From Octopus vulgaris (Eukaryota): 64,000 nt of DNA. Where the stretch lies: assembly GCA_951406725.2 (NCBI GenBank), contig OX597826.1, positions 26,598,001 through 26,662,000 on the forward strand. Direction: 5' to 3'. Shown piece by piece: positions 51,735 to 63,634 of the stretch (position 1 is its first letter; every line of letters starts with the position of its first letter). The notes under the pieces are model-generated. The model saw only the letters and a program-made list of their open reading frames with translations, did no database searches and was not told the origin of the DNA. A program made the position numbers and the translations under genes.

Positions 51735-53711
51735 CTCCCGGCAAAAACAAAAATGGGAAGAAGGGAAGAATCTCGGAAGAAACTACGAAGTTACTTGAGA
51801 AGAGGAAAAATATGAAGAGGACTATTGAAGATCACTTTGAATATTCTATTCTCAGCAGAGTGATTCGTCAGCAACTAAAGAAAGATTTTGAGGCATACCG
51901 GATGGAGAAGCTCTTGAAGGCCGCAGAGGAAAAGAAGAGCCTCAAGAAATGCAAGAGGGGCATGGTACTATATAGATCGGAGGTGACGGCCCTGAAAAAT
52001 ACAGAGGGAATACCGGTCAACGAGAAGAGCGAGATGGAAAAAGTTTGTGAAGACTTCTACAACAAGCTCTTTAAGTCTACCAGAAATGTCCAGCCGTTAC
52101 CACCACTCCAACAGGAAGAAAACGTGTCACCTATCCTTGTCAGTGAGGTGGAAAGAGCCATCGGCTCGATGAAAAACGGAAAGGCTCCAGGGAAAGACGG
52201 TATAACATCGGAGGTGCTAAAGTCAGGCAGAGAGCAGCTCTGGAAAATCCTCGCTGAGCGATTTACGCACTATCTAGAAGAGGGAAGAATTCCCTTGCAG
52301 TGGAAAGAGTCAAATACCATCCTGCTGTATAAGAAGGGCGACAGAGAAGATCTAAAGAATTACCGACCCATATGTCTGCTGTCTCACGTGTACAAGCTGT
52401 TCACGAAGATAATTCTGAACAGGTTGTCACGTCGTCTCGACGAACAACAATCGAGGGAGCAAGCAGGCTTCCGGAAGAACTACAGTACAATGGACAATAT
52501 ATTTGCTCTAACGCAATTGCTTGAGCGAGCAGATGAGTACAAGCTGCCTCTTTGCGTTGCGTTTATAGATTATGAGAAGGCCTTCGATAACGTCGAAACC
52601 AAAGCAGTGCTGAAATCGCTGCAGAGGCAAGGAATCGAAGCACAATATGTGCAGCTGCTCAGAGAGGCAAATTCCGGATGCACCACCGACATAGCTCTAC
52701 TGTCATCACCCATACGAGTGCCGGTCGAGAAGGGAGTGAAGCAAGGAGATACAATCTCCCCAAAACTTTTCACTGCATGTCTCGAACAGATCATCAGAGG
52801 CATCGAATGGCAAGGTGGTGTCAACATCAATGGCGAGCTCCTCACTCACCTCCGTTTCGCTGACGACATCGTACTCATCGCTGAATACATGGATCAGATT
52901 CAGACCATGCTGACAGAGCTCGACATCAAAAGTTCTGCAGTAGGTCTCAAGATGAACCGCATGAAATCAAAATTCATGCGGTCAGACAACGTACCAACAG
53001 GTCGAATGGTGATCGGCAGTGATGAAATAGAGGAGGTGAGAGAATATGTCTACATGGGACAGGAAGTAAATATGTGCCGGGATATCAAAAAGGAGATCTC
53101 ACGGAGAGTAAGGGCCGGATGGAAGGCGTTCAATGGCATAAGGGATGTGCTCAAGGGAAGGTTGGACAGGACCACCCGCGCCAACTTCATTAACAGTGCA
53201 GTTCTGCCTGCAATGTTATATGGTAGTGAAACATGGGCTACCACAAAGAGAGAAGAGCAAAGACTGGTAACGGCTCAAAGAGCCATGGAAAGGTCAATGC
53301 TTGGTATCTCGTTGAGAGAGCACATAAGTAGCAAGATCATCAGAAAGAAGTCCGGCGTGAGAGATGTCATCGCAGAGTATACACGCAGCAAGTATAGATG
53401 GGCTGGACACGTCGCTCGGTTCACCGATAATCGGTGGACGCACGCAGTTGTCGAGTGGTACCCAGAATGACGATTTCAGGAGGACGACTGGGATCATGTG
53501 GATGAGAAAGGCGCGATCCAGAGAGGAGTGGATTGCGTTCTGTGACCAGCGGTGTCATATCGATCGGTACTATATAGATCGGAGGTGACGGCCCTGAAAA
53601 ATACAGATGGAATACCGGTCAACGAGAAGAGCGAGATGGAAAAAGTTTGTGAAGACTTCTACAACAAGCTCTTTAAGTCTACCAGAAATGTCGGTCAAAG
53701 TGATCAAGTGA
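51735..53711 (+). mobile_element. Young RTE-clade LINE, 5'-truncated (no endonuclease), with a rearranged 3' end
   Basis: GC-richer block containing the long RT ORF. Tail GGTCAAAGTGATCAAGTGA before (TA)n. Confidence 0.93.
51812..53470 (+). CDS. RTE reverse transcriptase ORF (552 aa, partial)
   Basis: KAPGKDGI, NYRPICLLS..YKLF, EQAGFR, AFIDYEKAFD, GVKQGDTISPKLF, LRFADDIVL, YVYMG, LYGSETW, WAGHVAR. No internal stops. Confidence 0.95.
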   Translation: MKRTIEDHFEYSILSRVIRQQLKKDFEAYRMEKLLKAAEEKKSLKKCKRGMVLYRSEVTALKNTEGIPVNEKSEMEKVCEDFYNKLFKSTRNVQPLPPLQQEENVSPILVSEVERAIGSMKNGKAPGKDGITSEVLKSGREQLWKILAERFTHYLEEGRIPLQWKESNTILLYKKGDREDLKNYRPICLLSHVYKLFTKIILNRLSRRLDEQQSREQAGFRKNYSTMDNIFALTQLLERADEYKLPLCVAFIDYEKAFDNVETKAVLKSLQRQGIEAQYVQLLREANSGCTTDIALLSSPIRVPVEKGVKQGDTISPKLFTACLEQIIRGIEWQGGVNINGELLTHLRFADDIVLIAEYMDQIQTMLTELDIKSSAVGLKMNRMKSKFMRSDNVPTGRMVIGSDEIEEVREYVYMGQEVNMCRDIKKEISRRVRAGWKAFNGIRDVLKGRLDRTTRANFINSAVLPAMLYGSETWATTKREEQRLVTAQRAMERSMLGISLREHISSKIIRKKSGVRDVIAEYTRSKYRWAGHVARFTDNRWTHAVVEWYPE

Positions 53712-53851
53712 TATATATATATATATATATATAATTATATATATATATATATATATAAATATATATATATATAGATATATATTTATATATATATATATAT
53801 ATATATGTTTATTTATATATATACTTATTAATTTGTATAAGCATATATATA

Positions 53852-54290
53852 TACGATGGGAAGACAAGAATTAACCGCACTTTTGCCATAACATATCTTT
53901 ATTATTGTCACACTTCCTTCTGCGCATATGTGCTTATAGTTGGTACTATTGTAGTCACGTAATCGAAGGTTGAGCCTCATCACGCCGTTTTTCATTCAAG
54001 CTTTAAAATGTAAGCGTGGCCGCTCCACTAGCAATATGCATCAAAGCAATACAAATTGCAGTGATCCGATTTCTCTAGTCAGAATGTGTGTCACCTGCTG
54101 AAATTCATCGGAGGCTTTTAGCACTATTAGTTAATGCTCCCAACGGTCTGGGCTGCAGTGTGTGGGCGTACATTTTCATGCAGCAAAAAAAAAAAACTCT
54201 CTTCAACATTAGGCCTCTGCGTTTGGTGCTAATTGCTGGCTTCAGTTTGTTATCCAGTAAACACTGTATCTTGCACTGTTAATCGTACGG
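53852..54290. mobile_element. Rearranged mariner relic: N-terminal HTH on +, catalytic segment on -
   Basis: Plus strand 54016-54120 AAPLAIC..QIAVIRFL*SECVSPAEIHRRL. Minus strand 54290-54125 TINSARY..KLKPAISTKRRGL..LLHENVRPHTA. TACGATGG TIR-like start. Confidence 0.75.
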
Positions 54291-54291
54291 G

Positions 54292-54517
54292 TTTTTTCAA
54301 CAAGTTTTATTCAACAAAAACAATAGCAACATGTAACAAAAACATCTTTAAATGATCATGCTGGAAGATATTCACCATCTACTTCAATTACTGCTTCCCA
54401 TTTGCTTGGCAGACGGTCAGACCGTCATTTAAAGATGTTTAGTTAAATATTGTTACTGTTTTTGTTGAATAAAATTTGTTGGAAAAAAAGCTACAATAAT
54501 TATGCACCAACTTAATA
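54292..54517. mobile_element. Mariner-derived fold-back/MITE-like fragment
   Basis: About 60-bp inverted arms (~54294-54355 and ~54425-54487) surround minus-strand LPSKWEAVIEVDGEY. Right end TAATTATGCACCAACTTAA-TA resembles an Hsmar1-type TIR. Confidence 0.7.
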
Positions 54518-54634
54518 TATATACTTTTCGTGATCTAGATAAATGTTTTGTCATATATTTTATTTTTTCTATATGGTATGATTGAAGCCTATCATTGTTT
54601 GAATTACATAATAGAGGTTTTTCTCTAATTTATA

Positions 54635-55628
54635 TCTATATATATAAAACTCAACTTTTGAACTGCGCTATTTCTGTTCCGAAATTCATCTCGCAAGTGC
54701 AAAAATCGATAATGTGTTTTTTAGGCCTTATCCCATGCATTGAATAGTGAGCTTTACTCAGTCAGCTGTTTGACGTGAACTGTGTTCACCACGCGTGCAA
54801 GCATGCGTAAATTGCATGAAAAATAAAAAGTCAAGATATAAAAACGAATCGCCGTAAACATTGTAGAAATTCGGCAAAGAAATGAATTTTCTGGATGTAC
54901 GTAGCCTGGAGGGTTTTTTCGTATTAATCGTTTGGACTTTGTAAACACATACCAATTGTTTTCATAACATCTTTAACGCTCTGAATTAAATGTGACCATT
55001 TTGCATTGAGTCTGCAGTTTGAATCACTTTAACCAAATTTTAGCAGGCCGGATTTTTGATCACCGCGATACATCGCCAGCGACTCCCTGAAACTCTCCCC
55101 TGAAATCCCCGTTGAGAAATCTCTCTATATAAAACTCAACTTGTGTGTCTGTGTGTGTATCTGTGTGTGTGTCTGTGTGTTTAACTTTTGGATCTACCTA
55201 GTTTCATTATTAAGGATGGAAAGTAGTGTGTAGCAAATCTATATATATAAGGCTGAAGTTGTCTGTGTGTGGCAGGTTTGGTAGCCTTCAACTAACACTA
55301 TCTCCTTCGAGACACTGCAGCGCAAGTTGAACAAAATTGAGAGTATGATAGAAGAAGGCTTGCTCTTCATTCTGAGGAAGATAAAATTCAAATCGGACCA
55401 TGTTAACACCAAAAATTATTTACATTAAAAAAATTGCTTTTTTTCTATGAAAATCCTTATTTTTAACGATTTTTGACTGCTGCGTCACCATTTTTCGGTG
55501 TATTTCAACTGGAAAAATGTTCACTTGAAAGAGAATAACAAGTTATATAATGCAAAATTTTTACTTTTCAAAAATTCCAATTGTAAAGGGTCGAAACAAA
55601 CCCAAGCAACACCGGGTGATACTGCTGG
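54635..55628 (+). mobile_element. Composite non-autonomous Helitron with three 5' termini and one 3' terminus
   Basis: A|TC starts at 54635, 55120 and 55238. The 3' end CCCAAGCAACACCGGGTGATACTGCTGG|T matches 16421-16449. Confidence 0.75.
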
Positions 55629-55746
55629 TATATTATATATTCATATTGTGAAAATTTGTTTAATACTAAATTGAATTTTTCCCTGTGAGTTTGGAGTTAT
55701 ACTCCCTAATATCATATATATATATATATATGGCAAATATGCGTCA

Positions 55747-55795
<49 letters not shown>

Positions 55796-55839
55796 AGTAT
55801 TTTTCCAGATTTTGTAATGATTCGTCTCTTATTTTTTAA

Positions 55840-56287
55840 TGTTTCATTAGACGGCGGTCGTGCTGGGGCACTCCTAGAATAATTCTAGTCGAACGAATCG
55901 ACAACGGTACTTATTGTTTTATACCTGATGCTTATTCTGTTCTGGGGGCGCAATCTCATTGACACCGGCTGTCAAGCAAATGGGTGAACACACACACACA
56001 CAGAAGTAGACACATATGCGCTCACACACTCACACAGCACCATTCGTGCACATATACACACACACACGCACACACGGGCGTGCGCGCACACACACACTGA
56101 CACACACAGATATATGCGCGTGTGTTTGTCTTTCATACCACGGGCTTCTTTCAGTTTCCATCTATCAAATCCACTCAGAAGCCATAGGTCGCAGGAGAAG
56201 TCACTTGACCAAGGTGCCACGCAGTAGGACTGAATCCGGAACGATTTCCTTAGGAAGCAACCTTATTTCCAATCTGTCACGCTTGCC

Positions 56288-56290
<3 letters not shown>
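55840..56290 (-). mobile_element. SINE family C, diverged
   Basis: CGGGCTTCTTTCAGTTTCCATCTATCAAATCCACTCA..CCAAGGTGCCACGCAGTAGGACTGAATCCGGAAC. Confidence 0.75.
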
Positions 56291-56341
<51 letters not shown>

Positions 56342-56739
56342 GTATATCTATACATATTTAGATACAAACGCATATGTGTGTTGATTCTGTCTGTCGGCAA
56401 ATATTTATATAAAAAACAAAGATATATATACATAAACACTTACGTATATTAATGCATGCAAGTATTATACGCGTGCCTTATTGTATAATATATGTGAGGA
56501 ATCTCCGTTGAAATCTGGCTGCAATCTTCCCCTCACTAGCTTTTAAATCTACTGCAAAACGTCCATCAATCAAAGACTTAAAGCTGTTAAAATTTTGACA
56601 GATTTTACAGTTTTTTTTATAACGCCGGTACTTGTATTTAATCTGAACTGAATTAATGTGGATTAGTTATAATCTCATTATCTGGAAATTCAATTAGATC
56701 ATATTGGAAAAAAAATGTCAACTCATATATATTGGAGAG

Positions 56740-57388
56740 AAAGAGAGTAAAAGATAGAGAAATAGAAGGAGAAACAGAGAGATAATGGGAGTGAGCGAGT
56801 AGGAGAGGAGATATATTGTTGCTAGAAAGTGAAACTTTTCAACATGGAAATGGAGAAACAAGAATTGATAGAGACAAAGCAAAATGCAGGGTGTAGGAGC
56901 GACACGATCGTATTCATGATGAAAATAAAATGAAAGGAGAGGACGCGAAGGAAAAAGAGAAGAAGAAGAAGAAGAAGAAGAAGAAGAAGAAGAAGAAGAA
57001 GAAGAAGAAGAAGAAGAAGAAGAAGAAGAAGAAGAAGAAGAAGAAGAAGAAGAAGAAGAAGGAGAAGAAGGAGGAGGTGGAGGAGGAGGAGGAGAAGAAG
57101 AAGAGAAGAAGAAGAAGAAGAAGAAGAAGAAGAAGAAGAAGAAGAAGAAGAAGAAGAAGGACTGCAACTGCAACAAGAACAAAGTAAGAAGATAGGGCGG
57201 AAAGAAGTGATGGAGGTGGAGAAGAAAATTGAAATAGAGATGATAATGAAGAAACTTTGCAGAGAAAAGAGAGGGAAATACCAAATAATAGGATGACGAA
57301 GAAGAAAACAATAATATTCATGACATCAGAGAGACTAAGCAGATGAGGAAGAAGAGGAGAACGGGTTAGAAGAGAACGGGAAGTAGTC

Positions 57389-57483
<95 letters not shown>

Positions 57484-57515
57484 AAGAAGAAGAAGAAGAG
57501 AAGAAAGAGAAGAGA

Positions 57516-57596
<81 letters not shown>

Positions 57597-57600
57597 AAGA
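56740..57600. repeat. Purine-rich tract and compound (GAA)n/(GGA)n/(GTA)n/(AAT)n microsatellite
   Basis: Directly visible. Confidence 0.97.
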
Positions 57601-59104
57601 GGATGCTTGTTTTTCTTTGCCAATATTTCAACCTGGGACAATAAAATAAAACCAGTAATATACTGCAAATACACCAAACGAATACATAGACCGTAGCCCT
57701 CCCTCCACGTCGCCACCTCTGCACATATTCGTGGTTTGATGGTCGGTTTAACAGGTATATGGATTGGTTATATGTAACAGATGTCTTCTGATAATGTCAT
57801 GTTGTTTTGTTTGCCTTTTTTCCCCATTATATAAATGTTCAGCTTCATGAAAAGTGTTACTCTGTGACATTTAGAAAATATTGGGTTCTGCCGTGAATAA
57901 GGAAACGATCTGGTGTATTCCACCCCGCGCGCCAAAGAAAAAATATATATAATAATAGACTGAAATTCTTTAAATATTTCATACAGGTATATATTATATT
58001 TTAGTGCATTCGAAGACTTTATTGTGTAATGCATTATTTAAAGGCTTATGCTCCGTAATGATGTATGTGATAACCTTTTGGAAACCAGATTGCGATATTT
58101 CTCTATATTATCGTTCACATTTCAACTCTAAAGTTCATTACGCCATGGTATGAATTGATATCGTTATTGATCAATATCGCTGGAATTCTTGATTAAGCAT
58201 TAGAATCGATTAGCATTTAGTACTTCGCCATATACTGTAATACACATCACCGAAACATTGTCGCGGTAATTGAGTTTCTTATAAAGATTAGTTTAGCTCT
58301 AGAAGCAAAAATTCGAGCAGAAATACTGTAAAATACAATTGCAGTGCGCTGTTGGAGGCTAAAGAGATGCCGTCCTAAGGCTGTTATGTAGCGCTCGTTA
58401 GTGTAACTATCTTTAGTGAGTTTGTCAATACTCATCAACGTGTTCGTTCTATACTATCATGCATGGCTGGTTAAAACCTGGAGGAAAATTCGAGGGGGGA
58501 GTGGAAGTAGAAGCAGTAGAGGTGTCGTTCTGTAGGATATATACAACACATCAACGATAATGGTTAAGCTTTGATGCTAATAATGATCAGTAAATTTCGT
58601 TAGCCTATAGCCGTAATTATTTTGAACATCGTGGCTCGGTCAATCAATAGATTCCTGGAGAATCCTGTAGTACGTTTGATAAAAGCCCTGGGGCTTTTAG
58701 CAACAACAAGAATGACAAGAACAGCAGCAACAACGACAACAACAACACATTCATCAGTATTCTAAACAAAGTATGCTTCCTCTCATTGTTATAATGTACG
58801 TTTCGATATTTATTGTGATTCGTGCCATCGCGTTACAATCGTTCATCGTCTGAATTATAACAGGGTTCTATCCATTGTTTGTTCGGCATATTTTATCAAC
58901 AGGGTCTTGATCCTCTTCAAAACTTTTCTTGGTTATGTCGTCAATGTATTTCACCAAATACCTAGTTGTATTCCTCCAAAATATATTTTCGTTCCCTCCA
59001 TATATATACAAGCATATATCAAGAGACAATTTAATATCCTGAGTACCTATGTAAAGATGATTGATAGAGTACACGAATGTATATGTATCCCTTCATCCAG
59101 CCAT

Positions 59105-59148
<44 letters not shown>

Positions 59149-59212
59149 GTAGTGAACAGAATATACATACTGGGATTTAATTTACAAGATTTAAGCTTGT
59201 AACTTGATCAAG

Positions 59213-59255
<43 letters not shown>

Positions 59256-59788
59256 CTGTGATATAAATTATAACATTTAGAATATGTAGGCGAGTGAATT
59301 TGACCAACGCTGAGTCAAGTATTATTCTTATTGAAAGACTTCGAACATTGATGTTTCACATAAGCAAGGACTGAAAAACAGCGTGCTGCTCACCCAAAAT
59401 GCGTAAGATACTATTGCCATATACGCAGAATGCGGAAGATATAATTGCCATATATTAGGCAATAACAAATAGTATGACAGCGGTGATTTCATCAGCGTTT
59501 GAGATGTTTATCTAATGCAAACTGGAGAGCGTTGTAAATGCCCTGATTTTATCCTGTAAAACATTTCTTACGCTTTTAGGCTGAAAACTTTCATCTCTCC
59601 AGCGGATGTGTGATTCATGAAGAACGTGAAAAATAATAAATAAGTTAACCTATTAATGCCCAAGTTTTTTTCTTTTTCATTTAGTTTAAAATATTTTTAA
59701 TACATCTTTATCTGATACTAAATTAATAAAAAAAAATTAGAAAATTATTTTTAAATCGCACAACGTGAGCTATTCAGCAACAGTACAT

Positions 59789-60143
59789 TGTAGTAAAGAT
59801 TTTTTACCACCATAACATGGCAGTCCTGGTTTAGGACGAATGATGCTGTAATTTAGCCCCAGGAGACATCGTCTCCAGCTGGCTATACGACACGATCTGT
59901 GTCCTTATATTTTCGAACAAAGGAAACTAGCACCCCCGACCCCGATGAAATAACCCGGAAATCGTGATACTCAGTTATTGTCTTGAGCTGAGTGGAGGTG
60001 CTAGCTTCTCTTGTTCGAAAATATAAAGGACACAGATCGTGCCGTATAGCCAGCTTGAAACGATGTCTCCGGGGTCTAAATTTCAACAACATTCGTCCTA
60101 AACTAGGACTGCCATGTTATGTTGGCAAACAATCTTTACTACA
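59789..60143. mobile_element. Fold-back element: ~145-bp inverted arms with a ~60-bp spacer
   Basis: TGTAGTAAAGAT..CATAACATGGCAGTCCT..GCTGGCTATACG..CTAGCACC (59789-59934) is mirrored at 59997-60143. Confidence 0.88.
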
Positions 60144-60489
60144 CAAAATATAATTATTACAATGTTTGAAAGACACTCCAGTCTTGATGACTAACTAAAG
60201 ATATCTCAGAAAAATACAGGTGTTGCAGAAATAGATGGATTATACTTCTGGTCCTAAAAAATGGACCAATGGGCGCTAATGGGTTAGTACAAAAAAACAA
60301 AAAGATCCCTTATCTTTTTTTTGAAAGAGCAATGACTTGGTGGAATCTTCAATACGTTGAACTAAATAAATTACCAAATTTAGTTACAAGTTTTCAGTTT
60401 CCATGTTCAAATCCCATCCAGGTCAATTTACCATTAATTCTTTTTGGGTTTGATGAGATAAAAAACAGGTCAAGCTGTGAGGTAATAAA

Positions 60490-60790
60490 TTCGTTTTGCA
60501 ACCACTTGGCTTCAAGGTTCAGCCCAAAAGCGCGGCACAATGGGTAAGTATCTTTTACTATACACCCAGACCGATCACTAACTTCTGATTGAATTTGCCT
60601 GGTAGAAAGTGTGAGGAAACCACTCATATATATTGCAGGTATATGTGTGTGTGTCTCTTTACCCAACAAAGTTTGACAACAGGTAGTGGTTTCTTTACGT
60701 TTCCATACCTTAGCGGTTCGGCCAAAGATATTTATGGAATAAATACCAAATTTAATACATTGAATTGCAGTCATTCTGGGACAGCACCTT
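60490..60790 (+). mobile_element. Very diverged family C SINE
   Basis: GGTTCAGCCC..GCGGCAC..GGGTAAGT..CTTAGCGGTTCGGC. Confidence 0.55.
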
Positions 60791-60925
60791 GAAGGATTTT
60801 AGTCAAATAAATCGACCCGGTATTTATATTCTTAAAGTCTGGGACTTACTCTATCGCTTATCAAGCGATTGTGAGAGACAAACACAAAGGCACACTTACG
60901 TTGATACATCTTTTTGTCTGTCTGC

Positions 60926-60992
<67 letters not shown>

Positions 60993-61313
60993 AAATATAA
61001 ATTAGAGATAAACCCACTATTACGCAATTCAAACAATGACAGACATAAACCAAAACATAAATAACAATTAAAATATATTTTGTATAAAATATATAACTAA
61101 ATCTCAAAAAGGATAAAAATGAATAATCAATATATAATAAGTAAAAAAAACTACGTACGTTTTATGTTTTGGCTTATGTCTATCATTGTTTGAATTGCAT
61201 AATAGTGGTTTTATCTCTAATTTATATTTTATATATTATATTGTGAAATTTGATTTGATACTAAATTGAATTTTTCTTTGTAAGTTTGGAGTTATACTCC
61301 CTAATATTATATA

Positions 61314-61546
61314 TATTTCTTTACTACCCACAACGGGCTAAACACAGAAGTGACAAACAAGGACACACAAACAGATTAAGTCGATTATATCGACCCCAGT
61401 GCGTAACTGGTACTTATCTAATCGACCCCGAAATGATGAAAGGCAAAGTCGACCTCGGCGGAATTTGAACTCAGAATGTAACGGCAGACGAAATACTGCT
61501 AAACATTTCGTCCGGCTTGCTAACGTTTCTGCCAGCTTGCCGCCTT
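61314..61546 (-). mobile_element. SINE family M (tail variant A), full length
   Basis: Colinear with 42121-42349. Confidence 0.88.
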
Positions 61547-61584
61547 AATATATATATATATTTATATCATCTGCCTATCATCTT

Positions 61585-61662
<78 letters not shown>

Positions 61663-62309
61663 CATGACTAACTTCCAGCTTCTTTCTACTAAATTCACTC
61701 AGAAAGCTTCGGCTGACACGAGTTTAAAGAAGACGGCCCAGATGCTACGCAGTGGAACTGAAGGGGGAAACATGTGGTTGAGAAGCGAACTTATTACCTT
61801 ACATCCATAGTATTTAAATTCGAGCGACAATTAGTTTCATTTTGTGAAAAATACAATAAACTGATAAGCACGTGCAGAATGCCTTTCAGATTCAAATATA
61901 CAAGATGAGGAAAACCAAATTAAAAGAGATAAGACGATATTCTTCAGCAAAAACAGACAAGAAATTACAACACAAAAAAGACATAAGACGTTGGTCTTCG
62001 AGAAAACGCGAGAAAGGACGAGATGTAAGTAAAAGCAAAACTGGGAATGGGAAAGAATAAATACAAGAACAAGAAAACAGCAAATTAAGTGTTACGTCCC
62101 TTTGCCCGTTCAAATCAGAATAAACAAGTTTGGCGTAAATTATTCAATTTATATAAAAATACGACGGATTTCCAAACAATTTCCGTCAACCAAATTCAGC
62201 CATAAGACATTCGTTGATTGAGTAGTATATTAGAAGACACTGGCCCAAGGTGGTATTTAGTAGTAGTGAACTCGAAACCACGGAGATTTGTTTCGTACTT
62301 TTGGCTATC

Positions 62310-62737
62310 ATATCGGTTTTAAATTTTGGTACAAATTTCGGGGGAAATCATAAGTGGATCACATGGACACCAGTGTTCAACTGGTACTGGTTTTACCGAC
62401 TTCGAAAGGATGAAAGGCAAAGATGACTATGATGGAATTTGAACTTAGAATGTAAGGTCGGGCTAAACGCCGCTAACCGCCTTCTCCCTGCGTGGTAACG
62501 ATTCTGTTAGTTCGCCGCATTTTTTTCCGGCTATCATGCCGGTTTCAAATTTTGGTACAATGGAAACCGTGCCGAGTGTAGGTGGTAAGGCGGCTGCATG
62601 GATCTAAGTGCTCAACTCTGAAAGGATGAAAGACAAAGACGACCCTCAGTGGAATTTGACTTCAGAACGTAAAGAAGTACGAGATGCCGCTAATCATTCT
62701 GCCCGGTGTGCTAACCATTCTGCCAGCTTGCCGCCCA
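62310..62737 (-). mobile_element. Two tandem family M SINEs (tail variant B)
   Basis: GAAAGGATGAAAG.CAAAG..GAC..GGAATTTGA occurs twice. GGCTATCAT lies at all three junctions. Confidence 0.75.
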
Positions 62738-63339
62738 GCTTTCGGCTATCATATTGACGTACGCTTTTTGTTACAGGGCTTTCAGAATATAACTAAGAAT
62801 ATAACTGATTTGAGACATTTAGAGAAGGAGAACTGAATTTCTAGTTTCTGAAATGTTATTTTTCCGAATGAACTTGATTCCCAATATTACGAAAAATAAA
62901 CAAACAAATAAATGAGAGAAAAAGAAAGAAGAAATGGGAAAAAAGACACATCTTAATCCCAGCTCAATTTGTCTTTGTTTTATATTTCTTTATTTAATTT
63001 ATTTTTATTTCCATCTCTATATCAGGAAGATAGAGGTTATCTATCAAATTTGCTGCAGGCTTTTACTATCAACGTCTCCCTTAATGATTTGGAGTATAAT
63101 ATTTTCCTCCATTAGATCAATATTAACCCTGAAGGTCACATATGTTCAAGACGACATTAAACTATCTTTTACTTGACAATGCACAAACACACATACACTG
63201 ATATACAAAGGAACATCACATTATGCATATACATACATACACACATATACGTATGTATGTATATATTATGTATTTATACATATACATCTGTATTAGTATA
63301 TCTATCATAAATGTATATGTATATATGATACACATTCAC

Positions 63340-63391
<52 letters not shown>

Positions 63392-63526
63392 GTCTACAGT
63401 ATTTCAACAAAAATATTCAACTCTAGATGGAATTATATATATTGTTTATCTGTGTTTCCAGTATCTCAATTTATTTTCATTTCTTTCTTCTTATCGTTGT
63501 TCCTGTTGCTGCTGCAGTTGCTGCGA

Positions 63527-63634
63527 TTGTTGTTGTTGTTGTTGTTCTTCTTCTTCTTCTTCTTCTTCTTCTTCTTCTTCTTCTTCTTCTTCTTCTTCTT
63601 CTTCTTCTTCTTCTTCTTCTTCTTCTTCTTCTTC
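63527..63634. repeat. (GTT)n(CTT)n microsatellite
   Basis: Directly visible. Confidence 0.97.

Noticed and set aside
58868-59074. ORF with EEDQDPV resembling the CR1 tail peptide EEQDPI
   Set aside because: The match is too short, and the surrounding motifs are absent.
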